A DNA stretch of 64,000 nt. Source: an uncultured Gemmatimonadota bacterium (GTDB taxonomy: Bacteria > GCA-2686955 > CAYMWF01). How positions within the stretch are numbered: the first letter of the stretch is position 1; each line of letters begins with the position of its first letter. Shown here one piece after another: positions 26,377 to 34,645 of the stretch. A model generated the notes under the pieces. That model saw only the letters and a program-made list of their open reading frames with translations, ran no database searches and was not told the origin of the DNA. The stretch spans positions 16,637-80,636 of the forward strand of contig CAYMWF010000003.1 of assembly GCA_964394085.1 (NCBI GenBank), written 5' to 3'. Position numbers and translations under genes: made by a program.

Positions 26377-27108
26377 ATTTTACCGTCACTCCCTGTCATC
26401 CTTCCCGCGGCCGGGACCTCCTCACGGATGGGCGGCTCGCCGAAGCAGCTGCTTCCGTTCGGGAAGGGAACCATTCTTGAAGTAATCATCGAGAAGCTCG
26501 GAACCGCGGGATTCGGACCTCTGATCGTTGTAACCGGAGGCCCGCACGAAGATAAGGTGTCGGTCGCCGCCGGGCTCCTCGGCGCCGTGGTGGCCGTTAA
26601 TCCCGCACCTGAACCCGGTGGTATGATCACTTCCGTGCGGCGCGGAATAGAAGCCCTCGAATCAAAAGTGGTATATACGGCACCCGATCCGGAGACCGGT
26701 AAATCATCGACTAATCGCATTTTCCCCGGATTCCTGCTTCATCCGACCGACTTTCCTGCTATAAGAACCGATACCTACGAGAAGATCTTCTCCATGATAT
26801 ACCGGAACCCCGGGAAGATAGTGATTCCTGTCGTCGATCAGGGCAATTATGATTCAGCGGGGGCGAAAACAAGGACGGGAAGCAGTGAAGTGATGTGCAG
26901 TGCAACCGAATTTGCAGTATTCCGGCGGGGCCATCCAACCTGGTTTCCGTGGCACTTGATCGAGGAGATCGAGAATCCCGCCGAAACGGATCTGCGTTCC
27001 GTTGCGGAACGTCACCGGAAAATCGTTTGCGAATTACCTGTACAAGACGGGGGCATTACCGCCGATCTGAATACAATTGAAGAGTATAACAGGCACAACA
27101 GGGCTTAA
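26377..27108 (+). CDS. mocA: Molybdenum cofactor cytidylyltransferase (MocA-like nucleotidyltransferase). The start is uncertain and is probably a non-canonical ATT at 26377.
   Basis: The track ORF starts at the ATG at 26428 (MGGSPKQLLPFGKGTIL). The same frame is open upstream and encodes ILPSLPVILPAAGTSSRMG, which is the conserved (L/T)AAGxSSRMG nucleotide-binding motif. AAGGAA lies 6 nt before the ATT at 26377. The downstream motifs NP.PE.GM.TSV and RRGHP are MocA/MobA-like. Confidence 0.65.
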   Translation: MLPSLPVILPAAGTSSRMGGSPKQLLPFGKGTILEVIIEKLGTAGFGPLIVVTGGPHEDKVSVAAGLLGAVVAVNPAPEPGGMITSVRRGIEALESKVVYTAPDPETGKSSTNRIFPGFLLHPTDFPAIRTDTYEKIFSMIYRNPGKIVIPVVDQGNYDSAGAKTRTGSSEVMCSATEFAVFRRGHPTWFPWHLIEEIENPAETDLRSVAERHRKIVCELPVQDGGITADLNTIEEYNRHNRA

Positions 27109-27138
27109 ACCGGGGATTCGCCAGGCGTTTTATACCGC

Positions 27139-27555
27139 TCACTCGCCTATTATTTTACATAGCACCCTCTTCCGCCGCCGGCCGTCGAATTCACCGTAGA
27201 AGATCTGTTCCCAGGGGCCCAGGTCGAGCCTGCCGTTCGTCACGGCCACGACGACCTCCCGGCCCATAATCGTGCGTTTGAGATGAGCATCCCCGTTATC
27301 CTCGCCGACGTTGTGCGCATACTGCGAAACCGGTTCATGCGGAGCAAGGCCTTCGAGCCATTTTTCGAAATCGGCGTGCAAGCCTCTTTCGTCATCATTG
27401 ATGAATACGGAAGCGGTTATATGCATCGCATTGACGAGGCAGAACCCCTCACTGATTCCGCTCTCTCTTACGAGAGATTCGATTGTGGGTGTGATATTGA
27501 TGAACCCCCTGCGCTCCTCAACCTGGAACCAGAGATAATCTGTCAGTGATTTCAT
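27139..27555 (-). CDS. yjbQ: YjbQ/UPF0047 family protein (secondary thiamine-phosphate synthase-like), paralog 1
   Basis: The ORF is 138 aa. It has [39 protein letters not shown] and [20 protein letters not shown], collinear with E. coli YjbQ as I recall it. Confidence 0.8.
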   Translation of the reverse strand: MKSLTDYLWFQVEERRGFINITPTIESLVRESGISEGFCLVNAMHITASVFINDDERGLHADFEKWLEGLAPHEPVSQYAHNVGEDNGDAHLKRTIMGREVVVAVTNGRLDLGPWEQIFYGEFDGRRRKRVLCKIIGE

Positions 27556-27587
27556 GATAAGCTCCCTGTCGGAAAATTTCGGTCGAC

Positions 27588-28004
27588 CTATTCGCCGACC
27601 ACCTGGATCATCACCTTCCTGGACCTGGGCCTGTTGTCATGATCGATTACGACGATCTGCTGCCAGGTCCCGAGAAGAACGCGGCCGTCGATAATCGGAG
27701 CGGTCATCTGGGGGCCCATGAGGGTCGCCCTGATATGCGAGAAACCGTTGTCGTCACCCCAGGTTCTGGAGTGCCTGCTCGGGGCGTCGCTCGGAACCAG
27801 TTTTTCCAGATATTCCCTCACATCCTGGACCAGTGCGGGTTCGAATTCGATTGTGCTCACGGACGACGTCGAACCCGGGCAGAAGATATTGACCAGCCCA
27901 TCCTTTACACCCGATTCATCGACAATCGCCCGAACATCTCCCGTGATATCCAGAATGTCAGAGAATCCCTTCGTCTCGATTTGAATCATTCGCCCGAAAA
28001 CCAT
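27588..28004 (-). CDS. yjbQ: YjbQ/UPF0047 family protein, divergent paralog 2
   Basis: The ATG at 28004 has GGAGGA 7 nt upstream. It has [36 protein letters not shown] and [21 protein letters not shown]. Confidence 0.75.
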   Translation of the reverse strand: MVFGRMIQIETKGFSDILDITGDVRAIVDESGVKDGLVNIFCPGSTSSVSTIEFEPALVQDVREYLEKLVPSDAPSRHSRTWGDDNGFSHIRATLMGPQMTAPIIDGRVLLGTWQQIVVIDHDNRPRSRKVMIQVVGE

Positions 28005-28057
28005 GGCAATATCCTCCAGTCCGTCTATCAATCCCAAAGAAAATCACGAGAATCAAC

Positions 28058-31000
28058 TCACCCTCCATAAACCAGAAAAGAGCCCCAGAAAAAAGGGTTG
28101 CTCCAGCGACGCTTTTCACATAACTCGAGTTGAGCATGCCACAGCGCCCTGGAAACGGACAGATTCTCTTCGAAAAGATTTCTGTAGAACGAGCTCATCA
28201 GGACAGTAGTAGTGCGGTCATCCACCGGCCACACGCTCGCAATCACCGTCCTTGCCCCTATACCCAGGAACCCTCCGGCAAGACCCACGAACTCGTCCGC
28301 TTCGACACCGGACTGAACCCGTCCCGATTCGCAGGCGCTCAGTACTACCAGCTCCGCCCGGCGACATTCCATTTTCGGAAATATTTCAGAGAGAGGCACC
28401 ATCCGGTATCGATTCCGGTTCCGCGGGTTTTCCGGAGTTCCGGCCGACAAACCGGTTGTTCCCCGGCTCGTATCACCGGTTTTTTCCCCGGAGGCGAGGA
28501 GCAGCGCTGAGTTCCACGGCAACGCGGGATCGAAGAGAGCATGGCAGGAGCAATGGAGGAGTGTCGCTTCTTTTAAACTCCGGCGAACGGCTTCCGGAGT
28601 AGCCTCCTCACCTTTCAACAGATTGACCTTTCCTGGAATCGACTTCGCCACCGATTCAGCTTCATTCTCCGACCAGAAGAGATTTCCGGAAGAATCGGAG
28701 ATCACAAGGGCATCCTGGTCTACCTCCGCCTCTCCGGTTCTATCGGTCGAGAGCACCGCATTCCGGTCGAAGTCCGCATCTTCGAAAATCGACAGTCCCG
28801 GTCTAAACCTCAGGCAGCGCTCTTCTACCAGATATCGGGGCCCGTCATTTGTATCGAAACGGGCCAGGTGCAAAGGCAGCTGGTGAAGTGAAAGGTGCGG
28901 AACCAGTATCAGCTCGACATCCGGGTTGCAATTCTCCCGGATCCAGTCATACGCCTCCGAGAACAGTTCCTGATACAATTCCCTGCCGAGAAGATCCAGA
29001 TCGTTTCGCCAGGTGTTTCTGGTCTGAAGCGAAGGCGAGAAACCGCTCGAGCGGAGCCGAGCGACGCTGGCGTTCCATCTTGCCGCAAGCGATTCCAGAT
29101 ATTCTTTTGTGCACCGCTCTCTGGAAAAAACCTGGATCACCGGCGAAGAACGACCTCGTGTAAAAAGAATGATTCCCGTGCCGAGATCGGTAACGATGAA
29201 TACAAGGTACACGGCATCTGTTTCAGCCGCGAGCCGGATGATGGTATCCTGATCGATTGTGCGTTCCACCAGGAAGTCGGGAATATATTCCTGGACCCGC
29301 TTTCTGACTGTTTCGATATTACCGCTTATCCGCTTCGCGTTCCGCGACGCTTCAGTGAACGCGTTCTCCGAATCGGCGGTTCTCTGTCTCCATTCAGCAA
29401 GTCTGAGCTGATCGATCAGGGCGGCGTATTCGCGCCTGTCATTCCTTTTGAGATCCTTGCGGAACATCGCCCGGTCCCTTGCGAGAGCGGTGTTTACCTC
29501 TTTCAGTCTGCCTTCTTCGAGCCACTTTAATGCCCCCACCGGTTTGCCGGCGCGCAATTCCGCGGCCGCGGCGAGGAAGAAGATCTCAGCGCTGCCTTCA
29601 AATTCAGAAGCCCTTCCGGGTACCGATGTAGCTTCAATCAGTTTCAGGCGATTCGCCTTCCTCCCAGCTTCCGCGGCTTCAACCGCCCCTTCCCAGTTTC
29701 CCAGTTTCATCCGTGTCTTTACAAGCCCGAGAGCGGCATCGGTACACCGGCTGGAAAGCGAATACGGATTCAGCACCTTAAGAGCTTCTCCGAACAGGGA
29801 TTCAGCTTCGACCAGCTGTTCTCTGTTTCCGGCCTCCGAACCCAGGACCAGGTTCGCTGCACCCTCGAGATAGCGGATCCATGCCCACCGGGATGGATTC
29901 GTGTCTTTATCGAATATACGTCTTGCTGCTTCACAATGAGCAAGGCAGGAAGCCAGGTTTTCTTCCGGATTTCCTCGAATTCTGACGAGATACGCCTCGG
30001 CCAGCCCCTCGTTCAAATTCGCCCATCCCAGTGGATAACTGTCGTAGGTCAACTCCTTCGACGACTCCTTCAGAAGTGAGATGGCTTCTTCAATGTTTTT
30101 TTTCCTGTCGCCCTTGCTCCTGTAGATGAAAAGGTGGCCTTTGTTGGATTTCGCCCGTACACCTTCATATACGTATTCATTCTGTCTGCATATTTCGATA
30201 GCTTCGTTGCAGCAGTCTATCCCCGATTCAATATTCTCACCCTTATCGCCCCTTATTCGTGATCGGTATAGGCCCGCCATGTTGTTCAGGAGGAAAGCGC
30301 GCATATATGGATACCAGTTCCTGTGCCTGCGGTGAAGAGATGCCCTGTAATATTTTAATGCGGTTTCGAGATTATCCGCGGGATCGCCATGCAGGCGCAA
30401 GATGTATACATTTCCAAGGTTCATGTCGAGTATCATGCGGGTGAAAGGATAAGAGGTCATGCTGAAGATCTTTTTTATGCTCTTGAATTTCGAGATAGCC
30501 AGTTCGAGATTTCTGACGCGGTTCCCATCGATCCGGTTGAAATAAGCATTCCCGATATTCATGTTCAGGCTTCCCCACCCTTCGGGGAAAAACTCCGGCG
30601 TGAATACTTTCAGGGCTTCATTGTAACACTGGACCTGTTCGCGAAAAGTATTGGAGCCGAGCTCGTACCCTAATTCTAGAAAAACGATTCCCCGGCACTC
30701 CAGTATTCTTGCTTTTTCGACCGGAAATATCTTATCCCCACGCTGCCGAAGCCCTGTATCAAGATATTCGAGAGCCGACTCGAGGTTGGTTACCGTCTCG
30801 TTTTTCTGACTGTTCTTGCAGGCCGACGCGAGTCTCCTGAACAGCTCCGTGCGAAGTATGGGATCTTGAGCTCCGCTCCCTTCAGTGAGCAGGATTAGCA
30901 GTCTTTTTACAATTTCATCCCATTCACCCCGCCAGGCAAGAAGATCAAGTTCTGATACCGTAGAAAAGGCGTCGCTGTTCAACGGCTTTGCCAGGAAGTT

Positions 31001-31264
31001 TTTCTCCTCATCCAGGAGCGAGCGCCCGAAAAGGGTTCTTTCCGGGTTGGTCTTCCTGCTCGATTCAAGCAGGAACATCACGCGTGAGAGCTTCTGTACA
31101 CGTTGATATTCGCGTTTTTTCAGATATGCCCTGCGTCTCTTTTGCAGAATCTGCAGGAAAGGATCCTCCATAATCCATGGATGGCTGATAATAAGCCGGT
31201 ACTGGAAGCTGTTGACCGGAGCCCGAATGAGTTCTTCGACCAGCTTGTCGTAACTTTCCTGCAT
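28058..31264 (-). CDS. TPR-repeat / CHAT-domain (caspase-fold) protease
   Basis: The ORF is 1068 aa. The N-terminal ~500 aa carry repeated N.GNAY..R..G....NLE.AI..Y-type TPRs. The C-terminal CHAT domain has the His/Cys dyad context LLHCSCHALFD and ELVVLSACESG, and ends in FFWGSFLVYGG. GGGAGGAA lies upstream of the ATG. Confidence 0.8.
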   Translation of the reverse strand: MQESYDKLVEELIRAPVNSFQYRLIISHPWIMEDPFLQILQKRRRAYLKKREYQRVQKLSRVMFLLESSRKTNPERTLFGRSLLDEEKNFLAKPLNSDAFSTVSELDLLAWRGEWDEIVKRLLILLTEGSGAQDPILRTELFRRLASACKNSQKNETVTNLESALEYLDTGLRQRGDKIFPVEKARILECRGIVFLELGYELGSNTFREQVQCYNEALKVFTPEFFPEGWGSLNMNIGNAYFNRIDGNRVRNLELAISKFKSIKKIFSMTSYPFTRMILDMNLGNVYILRLHGDPADNLETALKYYRASLHRRHRNWYPYMRAFLLNNMAGLYRSRIRGDKGENIESGIDCCNEAIEICRQNEYVYEGVRAKSNKGHLFIYRSKGDRKKNIEEAISLLKESSKELTYDSYPLGWANLNEGLAEAYLVRIRGNPEENLASCLAHCEAARRIFDKDTNPSRWAWIRYLEGAANLVLGSEAGNREQLVEAESLFGEALKVLNPYSLSSRCTDAALGLVKTRMKLGNWEGAVEAAEAGRKANRLKLIEATSVPGRASEFEGSAEIFFLAAAAELRAGKPVGALKWLEEGRLKEVNTALARDRAMFRKDLKRNDRREYAALIDQLRLAEWRQRTADSENAFTEASRNAKRISGNIETVRKRVQEYIPDFLVERTIDQDTIIRLAAETDAVYLVFIVTDLGTGIILFTRGRSSPVIQVFSRERCTKEYLESLAARWNASVARLRSSGFSPSLQTRNTWRNDLDLLGRELYQELFSEAYDWIRENCNPDVELILVPHLSLHQLPLHLARFDTNDGPRYLVEERCLRFRPGLSIFEDADFDRNAVLSTDRTGEAEVDQDALVISDSSGNLFWSENEAESVAKSIPGKVNLLKGEEATPEAVRRSLKEATLLHCSCHALFDPALPWNSALLLASGEKTGDTSRGTTGLSAGTPENPRNRNRYRMVPLSEIFPKMECRRAELVVLSACESGRVQSGVEADEFVGLAGGFLGIGARTVIASVWPVDDRTTTVLMSSFYRNLFEENLSVSRALWHAQLELCEKRRWSNPFFWGSFLVYGG

Positions 31265-31342
31265 GGTACCTCAGGTTCCTCCCACTCCGGAGACCGGATC
31301 CGAACTGATTCCACGACGGTTTCAGTTGTCTCGAATAATTTT

Positions 31343-33292
31343 TTATTCTATCGCATTACCTGCTCTGTACCCCGTCCGCACCGCATCGATGGCCCTGCCT
31401 ATCCGGCAACAATCTCCCGCATGGTATATTCCCATCCGCTCCGCCAGACCTGCTTCTTCAATCTCCCGGGCCAGGCGTGAATTCGGCTGGGAACCGAGAG
31501 CGAGCACAACCTTGTCAGCGGATATCCGTCGTGTATCCCCGTTGCTTTCTATCTCAACCCCATCGAGTGCGATCCGTTTTATGACGGCACCTTTTTTCAA
31601 CTTGACACCGCTCCCGCGGATCTCCTGCATCATCACCCAGCGCGTGGAATAGCCGATATCCGTTCCAATCCGGGACTGCTGCTCAATAACCGTTACGTCG
31701 CAGCCGGCAGCCGCAAGGTGAAGAGCGACTTCCACACCTGTGGCGCCGCCCCCTGCCACCACGACACTCGAACCGGACGGCGCGGAAACAGCACCGGATA
31801 AAAGATCCCACGCCGAAACAACGTTCTCGCCATCGATCCCTTCGATGTCCAGATCGACTTCAACAGCACCCGTAGCCAGAACCATGGCATCAGGATTCTC
31901 TTTCGCGATATACTCCGCCGAAGCCTGCACCCCCAGCCGCACTTCCACTCCAGCGTTTTCGACCTCGTTGACCAGCCATCGGGTCATCTCGTGGAATTCT
32001 TCTCTTCCGGGCGGTGATCCAGCAAGGATAAGCTGACCTCCCAGAACGGTACTCTTTTCACAGAGCACAACTTTGTGCCCGCGCCGGGCTGCGGTCCAGG
32101 CTGCGGTCATACCCGCCGGTCCGCCGCCGACAACAAGCACCTTACGGGGATGCTCCGCCGGACCTGATACAGGTTTTCCCTCTTCACCCGCGCGGGGATT
32201 GACCAGGCAGGCGATCGGCATCAGGCTGAAAATCCTGTCGAAGCATCCCTGGTTGCAGGCGATACACCTTCGAACGGCTTCTCTGTTCCCGCTGCGAGCT
32301 TTCTCGAGCACCTGCGGATCCGCTATGAACGCCCTGCCCATGGCCACCATATCCACGTCGCCGGATCTCAATATATCCTCGGCGAGCCAGGGATCGTTTA
32401 TCCTGTTTGCCACTGCTACCGGAACCTTCTTGACTTTTTCCTTGATTCCCCTGCCGAGATAGACAAATGCGCCACGCTCGACATTCATTGTAATCTGGGG
32501 TACCCGGGTTTCATGCCAGCCGCCGGTAACATTTATCAAATCGACACCCGCATTCTCCATCGCCGCCGCCACGGTTCCCGCTTCTTCGAGGCCGTGCCCG
32601 CCTTCCATAAAATCGCTGCCGGACAACCTGCATCCGACCGGCACTGACGGTCCGACCGCCTTTCTGACCATCGCTATCGTTTCGAGCAGGAAATTCATTC
32701 TCGAATCGAGGTCTCCGCCGTATCTATCGGTGCGCTCATTCGTTATCGGTGAAAGAAACTGGTTGAAGAGGTATCCCGCAGAAACGATCAACTCCACCAT
32801 GTCGAATCCAGCCTCCACGGCCCTTCGTGCCGCATCCGCAAAGAAAGTCTCGACTTCAACGATTTCGTCCGTCGACAGGGCGCGGGGTTTCTCACGGGTC
32901 AGACGCGAAGGCAATTCCGACGCGGATACCGGCTTTTCACCTATTATACCGCTGAATGCATATCGACCGGCGTGATAAAGCTGAGCCCCGGTTGCGACAC
33001 CGTGTCGGTGCAGCCTGTCATTAAGTTTCCTCAAGGGAGGAATCACACGATCTTCCTCGAGACTCACCATGTGAGGAGAGGCTTTACCGCGAGGTTCCAC
33101 GGAACATCCTCCCACGATGATCAGCCCCGGACCTGGGGAAGCCTTTGCGCGTTCTTCATAGAAATCTATGAGTGCATCCTTGATCAGGCTGTTTTCGGAC
33201 ATGCCCAGATGCATGGCGGGCATGATTACGCGGTTATTGAGGGTCAGTGTTCCGATTTTTATCGGTGAGAAAAGTAGCGTGATGGAGTCCAT
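31343..33292 (-). CDS. Old-Yellow-Enzyme-family FMN/[4Fe-4S] plus FAD/NAD(P)-binding oxidoreductase (2,4-dienoyl-CoA reductase / enoate reductase type)
   Basis: The ORF is 649 aa. It has LFSPIKIGTLTLNNRVIMPAMH (OYE N-terminus), CIACNQGC (FeS), VLVVGGGPAGMTAA and VVVAGGGATGVEVA (two dinucleotide folds). Confidence 0.8.
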   Translation of the reverse strand: MDSITLLFSPIKIGTLTLNNRVIMPAMHLGMSENSLIKDALIDFYEERAKASPGPGLIIVGGCSVEPRGKASPHMVSLEEDRVIPPLRKLNDRLHRHGVATGAQLYHAGRYAFSGIIGEKPVSASELPSRLTREKPRALSTDEIVEVETFFADAARRAVEAGFDMVELIVSAGYLFNQFLSPITNERTDRYGGDLDSRMNFLLETIAMVRKAVGPSVPVGCRLSGSDFMEGGHGLEEAGTVAAAMENAGVDLINVTGGWHETRVPQITMNVERGAFVYLGRGIKEKVKKVPVAVANRINDPWLAEDILRSGDVDMVAMGRAFIADPQVLEKARSGNREAVRRCIACNQGCFDRIFSLMPIACLVNPRAGEEGKPVSGPAEHPRKVLVVGGGPAGMTAAWTAARRGHKVVLCEKSTVLGGQLILAGSPPGREEFHEMTRWLVNEVENAGVEVRLGVQASAEYIAKENPDAMVLATGAVEVDLDIEGIDGENVVSAWDLLSGAVSAPSGSSVVVAGGGATGVEVALHLAAAGCDVTVIEQQSRIGTDIGYSTRWVMMQEIRGSGVKLKKGAVIKRIALDGVEIESNGDTRRISADKVVLALGSQPNSRLAREIEEAGLAERMGIYHAGDCCRIGRAIDAVRTGYRAGNAIE

Positions 33293-33774
33293 TGAATCCC
33301 CTTTTCTGGTTCAAACGCCCGAGCCGGACCATTTTATAGAAAGCGGTCCCGAGTATATATTTACATATAAGCCAGCGCAACTTACCTTTTCCCAGGTTCG
33401 ACATTCCTCTATCAGACATTCCTGACCGGTTTATCGAAGGACCTACCCTGGTGGGATATTTCGTACTACACCGTCACTGAAGCAGAGACACTTGCTTATC
33501 CCATTATATTCCCGAATGTTACGAGAAAAGTTAAAAAGCAACCTGTTGCTGTAGAAGTGACGCCTTGCGGCTGTTGAGCAAACGAATTCAAACTTGACTG
33601 CCGGAGATCGTCCCCCGAAGCGGTTGATTTGCTTGAGCTTATACGATTCATCCTGCGGGGATCGCGTTTCGAGCTTTTTCGGCACGGTGATTGCAATAAT
33701 AGAAAATCGCGCAAGGAGAAACGAAAGCTCGGTAATAGTGCCGGGCGGGAAGTCTTCCAACAAGGAGTAGAAAG

Positions 33775-34533
33775 ATGAAAAACCGGAGAGTATTCGCAGG
33801 CACCCTAGCGGCTCTGCTGACCATTTCGCTGGCTGTCTCAGCGATGGCAGGATCATACCTTGAGGGGCTCGAAATCCCCGATCCGACCAAACTGCAGGTT
33901 ATTGACGAGGGAGAGCTCAGGGTTTACACGCCGATGGATTTTTACGGCGGTAACGGCGCGAAAGGTTTCGAGGTAACGGTGCTCCAGGACTGCTGGACAT
34001 GCGACGAACATATCTTCGAGAACATCGAACTCGAAACGTATGAATTCACACCTAATAATTCGATCTTTTTTGTTTGGAAGCACAAGATTCCGCCCCGGAC
34101 ATGCAGCAACTATCTGGCAACCATCGTCGGTATGGAATGCAGGAAAGGCAAAGTGGGCATATACGGGGGAGCCGTGAAATTCTTGATTCCGGACATCCAG
34201 ATGGGTGAAGTCTATCCCGACAAGATCGAAGAACTCATTTTCGTATACGGCCCGGTTTACCTGGAGCCCGGCACATACGACTGGTTTCTCGTCACCGAGT
34301 GTACAGATACGAACGGCTCGATCATGATTCCGCCCGGGATGCCCGATTATGATGTTGACGATATCTGCGGAGCGAACCTGGGTGTTCCGCCGGAAAACCC
34401 GCTGGGTCCGGTGATTTTCGGTCCCGAGCCCGGCAGGCGGCTTGATCCCGACATGGGTGGCAATCCTCCAGGTCGCTGGCCCGGCGAAGATGGTGTGACC
34501 CGCGCGTGGTGCTTTACAGTTCTGGGTGATTAA
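33775..34533 (+). CDS. Secreted Cys-rich protein of unknown function
   Basis: The ORF is 252 aa with AAGGAG upstream and the signal peptide MKNRRVFAGTLAALLTISLAVSAMA. Eight Cys residues lie in the mature part. I recognise no family motif. Confidence 0.5.
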   Translation: MKNRRVFAGTLAALLTISLAVSAMAGSYLEGLEIPDPTKLQVIDEGELRVYTPMDFYGGNGAKGFEVTVLQDCWTCDEHIFENIELETYEFTPNNSIFFVWKHKIPPRTCSNYLATIVGMECRKGKVGIYGGAVKFLIPDIQMGEVYPDKIEELIFVYGPVYLEPGTYDWFLVTECTDTNGSIMIPPGMPDYDVDDICGANLGVPPENPLGPVIFGPEPGRRLDPDMGGNPPGRWPGEDGVTRAWCFTVLGD

Positions 34534-34550
34534 CCCAGTCTCAAATAGAA

Positions 34551-34582
34551 ATCCCGCCCGGAACCCGGGCGGGATTAATTTT
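34551..34582 (+). terminator. Rho-independent terminator after 33775-34533
   Basis: An 11-bp GC-rich stem, atcccgcccgg (34551-61) paired with ccgggcgggat (34565-75), has a 3-nt loop and is followed by taatttt. Confidence 0.6.
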
Positions 34583-34645
34583 GCCTTAAACTCAGAATAT
34601 TTTATTCTCTCCGCTGCCGGACCGCGGAGTTCAAACCGCCAAACT

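Noticed and set aside
33443-33856. A 137-aa minus-strand ORF inside the long intergenic region, overlapping the start of the 33775 gene.
   Set aside because: It has no RBS and no motifs. It overlaps the signal-peptide-encoding start of a better-supported gene, and its composition is typical of random translation.
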